Positions 8,300 through 18,223 of a DNA stretch of 44,045 nt are shown piece by piece (the first letter of the stretch is position 1; each line of letters begins with the position of its first letter). Made by a program: the position numbers and the translations under genes. Where the stretch lies: the NCBI GenBank assembly GCA_017480995.1, contig JAFUQJ010000022.1, positions 1-44,045 of the forward strand. Direction: 5' to 3'. This DNA comes from Alphaproteobacteria bacterium. Lineage in GTDB: Bacteria > Pseudomonadota > Alphaproteobacteria > RF32 > CAG-239. Below the pieces are notes generated by a model that worked only from the letters and a program-made list of their open reading frames with translations, was not told the origin of the DNA and made no database searches.

Positions 8300-10735
8300 A
8301 TGTTCAAAACATTATCGTCGCTGCTTAGTACCTTTTTCTTTTTTGCGGTTATCGCCCTGATTGTGCTGATTACCTCGCTGTGGCAGATTTCTCAGGAACT
8401 TCCCGATTATCATCAGCTCGAAAAATACGAGCCGGCGGTCACCACCAGACTCTATGCCGGCGACGGTCAGCTGATGATGGAATACGCGGCCGAAAAACGC
8501 CTCTTCGTGCCGGAGGAAAAAATCCCCACCCTGGTCAAAAACGCTTTTATCTCGGCCGAAGACAAAAACTTTTATCATCATTTCGGGATTGACTTTTTGG
8601 GCATTGCCCGCGCCGTTCTCGACAACGTCAAAAACATCGGCAGCGGCCGCCGCCCGGCCGGTGCCTCGACCATAACCCAGCAGGTCGCCAAAAACTTTTT
8701 GCTTTCTTCCGAGTTGTCCTACAAGCGCAAAATCAAAGAGGCCATCTTGTCCACCCGTATTGAGCAGGCTTTCAGCAAGCAGCATATTTTGGAGCTTTAT
8801 CTCAATGAGATTTACCTCGGCAACCGGTCTTACGGCGTTGCTGCGGCAGCCTTAAATTATTTCGGCAAGGCGCTGGACGAGCTCTCGCTGGAAGAGGCCG
8901 CCTATCTGGCCGCCTTGCCCAAAGGCCCCAACAATTACAATCCCAAAACCAAGTATGAAGCCGCTGTCGCGCGCCGCAACTGGGTGATTGACCGCATGGT
9001 CGAAGAGGGCTGCGTCAGCGAGGAAGACGGCGCCACCGCCAAAGAAAAGCCGCTCAAGGTCATCGAGCGCCGCGGCGAATTTGTGCGCGATGCCCAGTAC
9101 TTCAGCGAGGAGGTGCGCCGCTATGTCAACAACAAGTTCGGCGAAGACGCGCTTTATGAGGGCGGTCTGTTAATCCGCACGACGCTTAATCCCAAGCTGC
9201 AGCAGATTGCAACCGAAGTTTTTGACGAGGAGCTGCGCAATTACGACATGCGTCACGGCTGGCGCGGCGCGCTTGCCAATATTGATACGACCGGCGATTA
9301 CAAACAGGCGCTGGAAGAGGTGCAGGCGCCGGCCGGCCGCGAAAACGCGTGGGTTAAGGCTGTTGTTTTGAAAGTCAGCCAAACGCAGGCCGAAATCGAA
9401 ACGGAAGAAGGCAATGCCGGCGTTTTGCCGCTCGGCGGTATGAAATGGGCGCGCAAAAACCTCAAGAACCAGAGCGTCGGCGGCGAGCCGAAATCTGCGG
9501 CCGATGTCGTAAAGCCGGGCGATGTTGTTTTGGTTGAAAAAAATGCCAAAACCGGAACCTATGCGCTGCGTCAGGTTCCCAATGTCGAAGGGGCGATGGT
9601 CGCGCTGGATCCCCATACCGGCAGAGTGTTGGCCATGGTCGGCGGCTATTCTTTCAAAAAGTCCCAGTTTAACCGCGCCACTCAGGCGATGCGTCAGACC
9701 GGTTCGGCTTTTAAGCCGATTGTATACCTGGCCGCGCTCGAAAACGGCTATTCGCCGACCGATTTGATTCTTGACGCGCCGTTCGTGCTGGATCAGGGGC
9801 CGGGGCAGCCGTTGTGGAAACCGGTTAACTATTCCAAACGTTTTTACGGCCTGATGACGCTGCGTCAGGGAATAGAAAAATCCCGCAACCTGATGACCGT
9901 CCGTCTGGCGCAGGACGTCGGCATGGACAAAGTGGCGGACTATGCCCGCAAAATGGGCGTTAATCCCAATCTGCCGGAACTGCTGTCAATGTCTCTGGGC
10001 GCCGGAGAAACCAAGCTGATAAACATGGCCTCGGCTTTCGGGATGATGGTCAACGGCGGCAAAAAAATCGATACCTATCTGATTGAGCGGATACAGGATC
10101 GCGACGGCCGGACGATTTACCGCCATGACAAACGCGCCTGCGAAGGCTGTTCGGTCGACAAATGGGAAAACCAGCCGGTTCCGGAGCTGCCTGACAATCG
10201 CGAGCAGATACTCGATCCTTTGAGCGCTTACCAAATGGTCAGCATTCTTGAAGGCGTTGTGCAATACGGCACCGGCGCGCGTTTGCGTTCGCTCGGCCGG
10301 CATCTGGCCGGCAAGACCGGAACCACCAACAAAAACCAGGACGCGTGGTTTGTCGGCTTTTCGCCGGATTTGGTCGTTGCCGTTTATGTCGGTTTTGACG
10401 AGCCGCGTTCGCTCGGCCGCTATGAAACCGGCGCTTCGGCGGCTCTGCCGATTTTTCAGAATTTTATGAAACGGGCCCTGGCCGGCCAGCCTGATATTCC
10501 GTTCCGTATTCCGGCCGGTATCAAGCTGGTGCGCGTCAATCATGACACCGGTCGTCCGGCGCAGCCGCAGGATCAGTCCGTAATTGTCGAGGCGCTCAAG
10601 CCCGAGTACAGTCTCGACGGCAAAAACCAGCGCGTTATCGGCACGCCGCAGGACGCCGGGAATGCCGCCGGAGAAAACAAACCCGAGTTTAAGAACGACG
10701 ATCAGGATACCGTTCAGCTCGGTTCGGAATATTAA
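8300..10735 (+). CDS. mrcA: Penicillin-binding protein 1A (bifunctional transglycosylase/transpeptidase)
   Basis: GT51 motifs ISAEDKNFYHHFGID and RKIKEAILSTRIE. Transpeptidase motifs GSAFKP and KTGTTN. There is an N-terminal TM anchor. An alternative TTG start lies at 8267. Confidence 0.93.
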   Translation: MFKTLSSLLSTFFFFAVIALIVLITSLWQISQELPDYHQLEKYEPAVTTRLYAGDGQLMMEYAAEKRLFVPEEKIPTLVKNAFISAEDKNFYHHFGIDFLGIARAVLDNVKNIGSGRRPAGASTITQQVAKNFLLSSELSYKRKIKEAILSTRIEQAFSKQHILELYLNEIYLGNRSYGVAAAALNYFGKALDELSLEEAAYLAALPKGPNNYNPKTKYEAAVARRNWVIDRMVEEGCVSEEDGATAKEKPLKVIERRGEFVRDAQYFSEEVRRYVNNKFGEDALYEGGLLIRTTLNPKLQQIATEVFDEELRNYDMRHGWRGALANIDTTGDYKQALEEVQAPAGRENAWVKAVVLKVSQTQAEIETEEGNAGVLPLGGMKWARKNLKNQSVGGEPKSAADVVKPGDVVLVEKNAKTGTYALRQVPNVEGAMVALDPHTGRVLAMVGGYSFKKSQFNRATQAMRQTGSAFKPIVYLAALENGYSPTDLILDAPFVLDQGPGQPLWKPVNYSKRFYGLMTLRQGIEKSRNLMTVRLAQDVGMDKVADYARKMGVNPNLPELLSMSLGAGETKLINMASAFGMMVNGGKKIDTYLIERIQDRDGRTIYRHDKRACEGCSVDKWENQPVPELPDNREQILDPLSAYQMVSILEGVVQYGTGARLRSLGRHLAGKTGTTNKNQDAWFVGFSPDLVVAVYVGFDEPRSLGRYETGASAALPIFQNFMKRALAGQPDIPFRIPAGIKLVRVNHDTGRPAQPQDQSVIVEALKPEYSLDGKNQRVIGTPQDAGNAAGENKPEFKNDDQDTVQLGSEY

Positions 10736-10750
10736 TACGGGAAAAAAGAT

Positions 10751-11858
10751 ATGCGTTCAGAAATTTATGATTTGACCGAAACAATCAAGCAGTCGCTTGC
10801 GCTGCTGAGGAGGTCTCTTTGACTACGATAATGCCTGTCTTCGTCTGGAGGAGCTGAATGCTCTGACCGCCGAGGCCGGTTTGTGGAACAATCCGCAAAA
10901 CGCTCAGAAACTGATGACGGAGAAAAACAATCTCGAATTTAATCTCGGCAATTTCCGCAATATGGAACAAACCCTCCGGGATCTGACCGAGTTGTCCGAG
11001 CTCGCCGAGGCCGAAGGCGACGAAGCCGTCATTGCCGATGTTTGGGAACAGCTTGAAAAGCTGCGCGCCGAAGTCAAACACGGCGAGCTTGAAGCGCTGC
11101 TCTCCGGCGAGGTTGACGCCAACGACGCCTTTCTCGAGGTGCATGCCGGTTCCGGCGGCACCGAAGCGCAGGATTGGGCCGAGATGCTGGTGCGCATGTA
11201 TTCGCGCTGGGCCGAGGCTCATCAGTACAAGGTCGAATATGTCGAAGAGACCGAAGGCGACGTCGCCGGCATCAAATCCGTCACGTTGAAAATAAACGGC
11301 CATAACGCCTACGGCTGGCTCAAGTCGGAAAGCGGCGTCCACCGGCTGGTGCGCATTTCGCCGTTTGACAGTGGCGCCAGACGTCATACCAGTTTTGCCT
11401 CGGTCGGCGTTTATCCGGTGATTGACGACGAGATTGAAATCACCGTTAACGAAGCTGACTGCCGGGTTGATACCTATCGCGCCTCGGGCGCCGGCGGCCA
11501 GCATATCAACAAGACCGATTCCGCGGTGCGCATTACGCACCTGCCGACCGGAATTGTCGTCCAGTGTCAGAACCAGCGTTCGCAGTTTCAAAACCGCGAG
11601 GCCGCTTGGAAAATGCTTAAAGCGCGTTTATATGAACTCGAGCTGCAAAAGCGCGAAGCCAAGGCCGAAGAACAGCGCGACGCGCTGAGCGATATCGGCT
11701 GGGGGCATCAGATACGTTCTTATGTTTTGCAGCCGTACAAAATGGTCAAGGATTTGCGCACCAATGCCGAGACTTCGGATACGCGCGCGGTTCTGGACGG
11801 CGATATCGACATGTTTCTGGCTGCGTCATTGGCAGACAAGGTAGGCGGCAATGACTAA
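10751..11858 (+). CDS. prfB: Peptide chain release factor 2, requires a programmed +1 frameshift at 10820
   Basis: Frame 0 runs from ATG 10751 to CTT TGA (10817-10822). The +1 frame from GAC 10821 continues as [29 protein letters not shown] into the 10881..11858 ORF. That ORF carries the SPF and GGQ motifs ([33 protein letters not shown]). Confidence 0.95.
10808..10823 (+). promoter_or_regulatory. prfB +1 frameshift cassette
   Basis: AGG AGG TCT CTT TGA C. An internal SD-like AGGAGG sits 3 nt before the CTT-TGA-C slippery/stop context. This is the same architecture as the classical E. coli site AGGGGG-TAT-CTT-TGA-C. Confidence 0.9.
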
Positions 11859-12684
11859 AAAACGTCTTCTCGGAACGGCGGCTGCGCTTGTGTTTGTTTA
11901 TGCGGCTTTCTGCCTGACGGTATATCTGCGTCCGCAGCTGTTCTTTTACAATCCTTCGGCGCAAAAAAGCGTTTTGCCGGAAGACGCCGCATACCCCGCG
12001 CGGGAAGTTTATTACAAAGCCGAAGACGGAACGCCGCTTTATGCATGGTATACCAAACCGGCGCGCGGCAAACCGGTGATTGTTTTTCTGCACGGCAATT
12101 CGTATAATGTCGAAGCATTTTATCATAAGCTCGTTCCGCTGATAAAAGCCGGTTACGGAACTTTTCTTCCCGAATACCGCGGTTTCGGCGGTGTGGAAGG
12201 AACCATAACCCAGGCCGGCCTCGAAGCGGATACCCGCGCCGCGCTCAAAAAACTGCGGCGGCTCGGTTACTCCAATTCCCGGATTGTCTTATACGGCATG
12301 TCGCTCGGTTCCTATACCGCGACTTATGCTGCGGCCGAACTCGGCGGCAAAAAGCCTTTTGCCGGACTGCTTCTCGAGGTGCCGTTTGACAGCCTGACGA
12401 ATGTTGTCCGCAAAAGAGTCCCTCTGCCGCTGCCGCTTGATCTGATTATGCGCGACAAATACGACAACCGCCTAAACATTGCTAAAATTCGGACGCCGCT
12501 GTTAATTATGGGCGCCGGGCAGGACCGGGTTGTGCCGGTGGAGCTGGCCCAGGAGCTGTTTGCTCTGGCCGAAGGGCCCAAGGAATTAATCGTCTACGAG
12601 CGCGGCCGCCATGGTAATCTTTTTGAATCCGCCAATTATAAAGATATCTTAACCTGGCTGGAAAATAATGAAAAAATTAGATAA
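11851..12684 (+). CDS. Membrane-anchored alpha/beta-fold serine hydrolase
   Basis: N-terminal TM segment ([21 protein letters not shown]), an oxyanion-region FLHGNS, a nucleophile elbow GMSLGS, and late Asp/His residues ([15 protein letters not shown]). It overlaps the prfB stop by 8 nt. Confidence 0.8.
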   Translation: MTKKRLLGTAAALVFVYAAFCLTVYLRPQLFFYNPSAQKSVLPEDAAYPAREVYYKAEDGTPLYAWYTKPARGKPVIVFLHGNSYNVEAFYHKLVPLIKAGYGTFLPEYRGFGGVEGTITQAGLEADTRAALKKLRRLGYSNSRIVLYGMSLGSYTATYAAAELGGKKPFAGLLLEVPFDSLTNVVRKRVPLPLPLDLIMRDKYDNRLNIAKIRTPLLIMGAGQDRVVPVELAQELFALAEGPKELIVYERGRHGNLFESANYKDILTWLENNEKIR

Positions 12685-15600
12685 CAAGACATATCGGCTG
12701 CGCAAGCTGTTTGATTACATCGGCGTTATCTTTCTGATAATGCTGCTGATGTTTGTCTGGCAGCTTTACCGCGGCGCGATAGCGGTTCCGTTTCTGAAAC
12801 CGTATATTATCAAAGCGTTGAATCATGACAACGGCGAATATCAGGTGACGCTTGACTCCGTGAATCTTGAGCTTGTCCGGTCGATAAAGCCGCTGCGGAT
12901 TATTGCCAGCAACGTGGTTTACAAGAAAAACGGCGGCGAACTGGTTATCAATGCGCCGCGGACGTCGGTTTCTTTCAGCGTCAAGGCGCTGCTGCACGGC
13001 GTGATTGCGCCGAGTTCGATAGAGATTGTTCGGCCGGCGGTCTATATTTTTACCGATTACGGTTCCAAAAAAGAAAAAAGCGTGAGCCTCAATCAGAAAA
13101 AGGCCGAGTATTATTTTGACGTTATGCAGGAGTTTCTCGAACGCTTTAATTCCGATGACAATTCTTATCCGGAGAGCTACATCAACAACATCAGCATTGA
13201 AGATGCCTCGGTCGAGTTTCACGAGGTGGACCTGGGCCGCAAATGGGCGCTTTCCGACGTGAATTATCATTTCGACCGCGGCTTTACGCAGCTCTCGACT
13301 TCCGTTCGCGCCGGCCTGCAGTTTGACGGCCAGCCCGCGTCGGTCGGAATGGAGCTGGTGTATCGGCCGCTGCTCAACAAAGTCGCGTTGCAGTTTTATT
13401 TTTCCGACATTATACCGGCCAATCTGCTCGAGTTCCTGACCGCGTCCACACGTTCCGGTCCCTATAAGATAGACGTCCCGCTCAGCGGCAGGGTTGAGGC
13501 GCTGATTAATCTGAACGAGGTTTTGAAAAACAAAAACGACTTGCTTCAAAGCGTCGACACGTCGGTTGAAAAAATTCAGTTTGCGCTGGAGGGCGGCCGC
13601 GGCGTCATCAACCTGAGCAATGACGATGCGCAGGATTATAAAATAAGCTCGGTGATGCTCAAAGGCGGTATCGACGGCGGTTTGGACAAACTCAGCATTA
13701 AAGACGCGGTTGTCGAACTCGACGGGCAGCAGGCCCGGATAGGGCTGGAAGCCGTCGGCCTTAAGGACTACGTCTTAAAGTCTTCGTTGAAAAAAATGCA
13801 GATGACGCTGACGGCCAAGGTCAAAGAACTGGAAACCGACCGGCTTTCGGACTATTGGCCGCGGTTTGTTGCCAATAACGCCTGGAACTGGTGTCATTCA
13901 AGCCTGTTCGACGGCAAAATTAAAGATGCGGAATTTTCTTTTAAGTTTGTGCCGGATCTGAAGAAAAAGACCTTGTCTTTTGCCGATCTTAAAGGAACTG
14001 CCTATGCCGAGGGCGTCAGTATCGATTATCTGACCGGCATGCCCCGGGTAACGGACGTGTTCGGACGGGTTGATTTTTCCAAAGACAAGCTGCAGATGTA
14101 TTTTGACAAGGGTGTTTCTGCCGACGTCATTCTTAACAGCGGCTATATTGAGCTATATGATCTCGACAAATACGATAACTTTGCCAAAATCCAAATCGAA
14201 GGAACCGGCGGCATTCCCGATATTTTGCGCCTGATTGACAATCCGCCGCTCGGATTTACGTCGCAGATGGGCATCAGGCCGGACAGCATCAGGGGCAGCG
14301 CCGACGTCAAAATGGCATTGGAGTTTGAGCTCAAAAAGAATTTGTCGCCCGAAGAAGTCAAAGTCGACATCTCGGCCGGACTGAAGGACGTTGCGGTCGG
14401 CGGCGTCGTCAAAGATAAAACCATTGAGGCCAATCGTCTGGATCTGAAAGTGAACAACGGCGGAATGGAAATAGCCGGGGTTGCCAGCTTTGACGGGATT
14501 CCTTTGAATCTGAAATGGAACGAAAATTTTGCCAGTCGGGATTATTTGCGACGATATCAGCTCAGCTTTAATTTTGATGCCAACCTCAAACAAAAACTGG
14601 GGATTGATTTTGCGGCTCTGAGCGCGCCTTATGTTCAGGGCTCGATTCCCACGTTGGCCACAATCACGGCCTACGAAGGGGACAAAATGCAGATTGACGT
14701 CGACGGCGATCTGCAGGGAGCCAACATTGACTATGCTTTTCTCGGTTTTAAGAAAAAATCCGGAATCGAGGGCGTCGTCAGCACCAGAGTTTTGCTGCAG
14801 GGAAACAAAGTGACGGAAGTTCCGGCCTTTTCGCTCTCAAAGCCGAATTTCAGCCTCAACGGCAGGATTGAGCTGGATCGGGACGGCCGCGTCAGCCTGA
14901 TTGACATCGGCAAGATTAAAGGGCCCGATACCGATGCCGGCGCCCGGATTGAAATGAGTTATCAGCCCAAAGAAAGCGTCAAAATTGCCGTTTCCGGCAA
15001 AAGCTATAATCTGTCGGACTTCTTCAACAAAGACGAGGACGAAATCAGAGCCGACAAGGAATGGCGCCGGCAAATGCGCCTGAACGACGCGCTGAACCAA
15101 AATCCCGGGGACGAAAAAGACGAGTGGGAAGATGTTACCGATACCGACATCAATATTGCGGTGGACAGTTTGTGGACCAACAAAGACGTGGCTATCCGCC
15201 ATTTTGCCGGCACGGCCAAACTCAGAAACGGGATCGGCGTGGAGGAGATGCACCTGATCGGCAGCTTTGCTTCTTCGCGCAAAAACGGCGGTATGTCCAG
15301 CCTTAAGCTCGATTATGTGCCGCGCCCCAAAAAAGAGTATCTGCTGACCATAGAAAGTAACGACGCCGGCTCGACTTTGAAATTTTTGCGCTTATATGAT
15401 AATATGCGCGGCGGTCGTCTGAGCATCAATGCCAAACGCAGCGCCGACAAAAATTTTGTGGGACATGCCAAAATCCGCGATTTCAACGTTTACAATACGC
15501 CGGTTTTTGCCAAGCTGCTGACGGTTGCGTCGCTGACCGGCATGGTCAATCTCCTGACCGGGGAAGGAATAGCCTTTTCTCACTTCGACGCGCCTTTCGA

Positions 15601-15928
15601 ATATGCGAAAAAGACGTTGAAAATCAACGAAGGCAGAGCGTTCGGCAATGTTGTCGGCGTCAGCGGCAGCGGGACCTATTCGATGAAATATCAGGATTTG
15701 GATATTAAGGGCATGATTGCGCCGGCCTACGGTCTGAACACGTTTATCGGCAGTATTCCGCTGGTCGGCGGATTGCTGAGCGGCAAAGACGGCACGGTGT
15801 TTGCCGCCAATTATACCATCAAGGGCGATGCGGATGATCCCGATATCGGCTTTAATCCGCTTTCCGCGCTCAGCCCGAACTCGCTGAAGGAATTGATTAA
15901 TTCAACTTTTGGAAACCGGGATGAATGA
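12668..15928 (+). CDS. AsmA-family / YhdP-like large envelope protein (1086 aa)
   Basis: A single N-terminal TM segment (IGVIFLIMLLMFVWQLY) is followed by a long beta-rich body. The AsmA-like C-terminal signature is present (GTYSMKYQDLDIKGMIAPAYGLNTFIGSIPLVGGLLSG...FAANYTIKGDADDPDIGFNPLSALSPNSLKELI). It overlaps the upstream gene by 17 nt. Confidence 0.8.
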   Translation: MKKLDNKTYRLRKLFDYIGVIFLIMLLMFVWQLYRGAIAVPFLKPYIIKALNHDNGEYQVTLDSVNLELVRSIKPLRIIASNVVYKKNGGELVINAPRTSVSFSVKALLHGVIAPSSIEIVRPAVYIFTDYGSKKEKSVSLNQKKAEYYFDVMQEFLERFNSDDNSYPESYINNISIEDASVEFHEVDLGRKWALSDVNYHFDRGFTQLSTSVRAGLQFDGQPASVGMELVYRPLLNKVALQFYFSDIIPANLLEFLTASTRSGPYKIDVPLSGRVEALINLNEVLKNKNDLLQSVDTSVEKIQFALEGGRGVINLSNDDAQDYKISSVMLKGGIDGGLDKLSIKDAVVELDGQQARIGLEAVGLKDYVLKSSLKKMQMTLTAKVKELETDRLSDYWPRFVANNAWNWCHSSLFDGKIKDAEFSFKFVPDLKKKTLSFADLKGTAYAEGVSIDYLTGMPRVTDVFGRVDFSKDKLQMYFDKGVSADVILNSGYIELYDLDKYDNFAKIQIEGTGGIPDILRLIDNPPLGFTSQMGIRPDSIRGSADVKMALEFELKKNLSPEEVKVDISAGLKDVAVGGVVKDKTIEANRLDLKVNNGGMEIAGVASFDGIPLNLKWNENFASRDYLRRYQLSFNFDANLKQKLGIDFAALSAPYVQGSIPTLATITAYEGDKMQIDVDGDLQGANIDYAFLGFKKKSGIEGVVSTRVLLQGNKVTEVPAFSLSKPNFSLNGRIELDRDGRVSLIDIGKIKGPDTDAGARIEMSYQPKESVKIAVSGKSYNLSDFFNKDEDEIRADKEWRRQMRLNDALNQNPGDEKDEWEDVTDTDINIAVDSLWTNKDVAIRHFAGTAKLRNGIGVEEMHLIGSFASSRKNGGMSSLKLDYVPRPKKEYLLTIESNDAGSTLKFLRLYDNMRGGRLSINAKRSADKNFVGHAKIRDFNVYNTPVFAKLLTVASLTGMVNLLTGEGIAFSHFDAPFEYAKKTLKINEGRAFGNVVGVSGSGTYSMKYQDLDIKGMIAPAYGLNTFIGSIPLVGGLLSGKDGTVFAANYTIKGDADDPDIGFNPLSALSPNSLKELINSTFGNRDE

Positions 15929-16400
15929 AAAAAGGCGCCTTAAAATCGGCATCGACTACCACGGAGTCATAGACCGGGATCCCGATTATTTTCGGGAATT
16001 CTCCCGCGAGCTGATTCGCCGCGGTCATGAAGTGCACGTCGTAACCGGAGGCCCCTGCGGCACCGTGACCGAAACGCTTCGGAAATTAAGGTTCTGCTAC
16101 ACTCAGTCGTTTGCGGTTTTGGATCATTATGAGGCCGAAGGGCTGGTCAAACACGAAACAGACGGCGGTTTTCGCGTTGCCGACGAACTGTGGAACAGCG
16201 CCAAAGCCGAGTATTGCCGGGCGCAGGGGATAGATCTGCATATTGACGACAGCCTCGAATACCTGCGCTATTTTGTCACGCCCTATTGCCGCTATGATGA
16301 ACGGACGCACCGGTGTACCCTGAATGACGAACCCTGCCTGGATTTTAATCTTGCGCCGAAGCAGGTTGTCGCTCATCTTGAAAAAATCTTTTCAAAGTAA
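15921..16400 (+). CDS. Hypothetical small cytoplasmic protein, possibly a HAD-like fold with a non-canonical DxH motif
   Basis: LKIGIDYHGVIDRDP resembles HAD motif I, but the second Asp is replaced by His. A late HIDDS motif is present. The ATG at 15921 overlaps the stop of the AsmA-like gene by 8 nt. Confidence 0.55.
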   Translation: MNEKRRLKIGIDYHGVIDRDPDYFREFSRELIRRGHEVHVVTGGPCGTVTETLRKLRFCYTQSFAVLDHYEAEGLVKHETDGGFRVADELWNSAKAEYCRAQGIDLHIDDSLEYLRYFVTPYCRYDERTHRCTLNDEPCLDFNLAPKQVVAHLEKIFSK

Positions 16401-16453
16401 CGTTTTATTTAGATATTTCAGTTAATAAAAAAGACAAACAAGTGGGAATTGAA

Positions 16454-17152
16454 ATGATGATTCAGGAAGAAATCGCGCATGTCCGCGGCATCCCTAAAAA
16501 ACTGGTTATCTTTTTGCACGGCTATCTGGACGACTGTTCGTCGCTGGATGCCAAGCTGAAGCCTTTTCTCAACAATCTTGACGATTTTGCGCTTCATGTT
16601 CCGCAGGCGCCGGCCAGATGCGAGGTCGGCAAAGGCATGCGGCAGTGGTATTCGATGTATCGTTTTGATCCGCATTACGAGCGCCGCGACGTCAAAAAGT
16701 TTGATGACTTTCTGCGTTATTATGACCGGATGTCTTTGGGGCTGGCGGAAACCCAGCAATATCTTCTGCCCTATATTGAACAGACTTTGTCCGAATATAA
16801 CCTTGATTACAAGGATTTGATTCTCTGCGGCTTTTCTCAGGGAGCCATGGTCGCGATTTATACGGCTCTGATGGGGCCGAAGCGGATTTCGGGACTGGTC
16901 AGCTTCAGCGGAATTCTGGCCGGCAGCGGCTATTTGCTCAAACATGCCAAAAACCGCCCCGACACGTTGCTGATTCACGGCAACTCCGACAAATCGCTGC
17001 GCCCCGAAGCGTTGAATTTTACGCAAAACAAACTTGAGCAGCTCGGCTGCCGGGTACAGACCTATGTTGCCAACCGCGGAGATCACGAACTGAGCGCCGA
17101 GGGGCTGAAAACGGCTTCGGATTTTATCCGCCGCTGCTGCAAAACTAAATAA
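16454..17152 (+). CDS. Phospholipase/carboxylesterase-family alpha/beta hydrolase
   Basis: LVIFLHGY, nucleophile elbow GFSQGA, LLIHGNSD, and a late His (GDHEL). An alternative GTG start lies at 16442. Confidence 0.8.
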   Translation: MMIQEEIAHVRGIPKKLVIFLHGYLDDCSSLDAKLKPFLNNLDDFALHVPQAPARCEVGKGMRQWYSMYRFDPHYERRDVKKFDDFLRYYDRMSLGLAETQQYLLPYIEQTLSEYNLDYKDLILCGFSQGAMVAIYTALMGPKRISGLVSFSGILAGSGYLLKHAKNRPDTLLIHGNSDKSLRPEALNFTQNKLEQLGCRVQTYVANRGDHELSAEGLKTASDFIRRCCKTK

Positions 17153-18167
17153 ACGGCAGCGCCGTAATCATGCCGCCGCGGTTCCACAGGTAGTTCTTGT
17201 CGCGTTCAATCCGCAGGTCGGAGCCGCTGCCGAGGTTTCGCTCAAAAACCTCGCCGTAATTTCCGTAGTCTTTGACGTATTGTTTGGCCCATTGCGGCTG
17301 CAAACCGAATTTTTGCCATAATTTTGGGTTAAGGCCGAGCAGATTGGCAATCGAAGCGTCGCGCACGCCGATGACGCCGTCAATGTTTTTGGAGGTAATT
17401 TCCTGAGCTTCTGCCAGTTTGGGCGCGTTGACAATCCATTTCCCGATGGTTTTCAGCGTCGGATTTCCGCGGTCGGCATACGCATAGACCGGCGCCAGGG
17501 CAATTTCTTCGGGCAGAACGGAAATCTGCGTGTTTTTGGCAATCGGAGAAGCGGCCAGACCGCGCAGATAAATCTGGCTTCCGGTAATCAGGTCGCAGCG
17601 TTTGAGGTAAAACGCTTCCCGCAAGGCCTGCAGCGACGGAAAAGTCAGCAGTTTAAACTCTAAGCCGTAGCGGTGGTTGTATTCGCGAAGGTTTTCCTCA
17701 TAAGGGGAATTTTTAAGAACGCAGACTTTCGCGCCGCGGAAATCTTCCATTGACGAAGCCTGCTTTTCATTTTGGCCGGCGGCAAAAACCTGTTTGTCGT
17801 AATAAAGGATTTCAACCGGGCTGATCGGGGTGCCGATTTCCGTTTCGGCGGAGGCGGAGGTATTGCCGAGCATAAAGTCGATCTGATTATTGGCCAGTGC
17901 CTTGCTGATTTTGTCGGCCGGAACGTTTTTGAGAACAAAACTTTCGCTGTTGCCGAAGATTGCCAGCGCAAACATCCGGCAGAAATCGGCGTCTATGCCG
18001 CGGCGGATTTGTTCCTCGTCGGTGTAGGCAAAGGTTTTGGTCGACATGTCGGTGCCGCAGATAACCTTGCCGCGGGTTTTGATATAGCGCAGCCCGGCGT
18101 CGGCGCCAAAGGCGGGAAGAGCGTTCAGACCGCAAAGCAGGCACAAAAAAAATGTTTTCAGTTTCAT
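17145..18167 (-). CDS. AapJ/BztA-type general amino-acid ABC transporter substrate-binding protein
   Basis: Signal peptide MKLKTFFLCLLCGLNALPAFGADA, VICGTD, LPEEIALAPV, and GNYGEVFERNLGSGS...WNRGGMITALPF, as in rhizobial AapJ. No permease or ATPase genes are adjacent. Confidence 0.8.
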   Translation of the reverse strand: MKLKTFFLCLLCGLNALPAFGADAGLRYIKTRGKVICGTDMSTKTFAYTDEEQIRRGIDADFCRMFALAIFGNSESFVLKNVPADKISKALANNQIDFMLGNTSASAETEIGTPISPVEILYYDKQVFAAGQNEKQASSMEDFRGAKVCVLKNSPYEENLREYNHRYGLEFKLLTFPSLQALREAFYLKRCDLITGSQIYLRGLAASPIAKNTQISVLPEEIALAPVYAYADRGNPTLKTIGKWIVNAPKLAEAQEITSKNIDGVIGVRDASIANLLGLNPKLWQKFGLQPQWAKQYVKDYGNYGEVFERNLGSGSDLRIERDKNYLWNRGGMITALPFI

Positions 18168-18223
18168 TTTGTTAACCAATTTCTGTTAAACTAAATCATA
18201 AACATTACTATAAGGCATATTTC

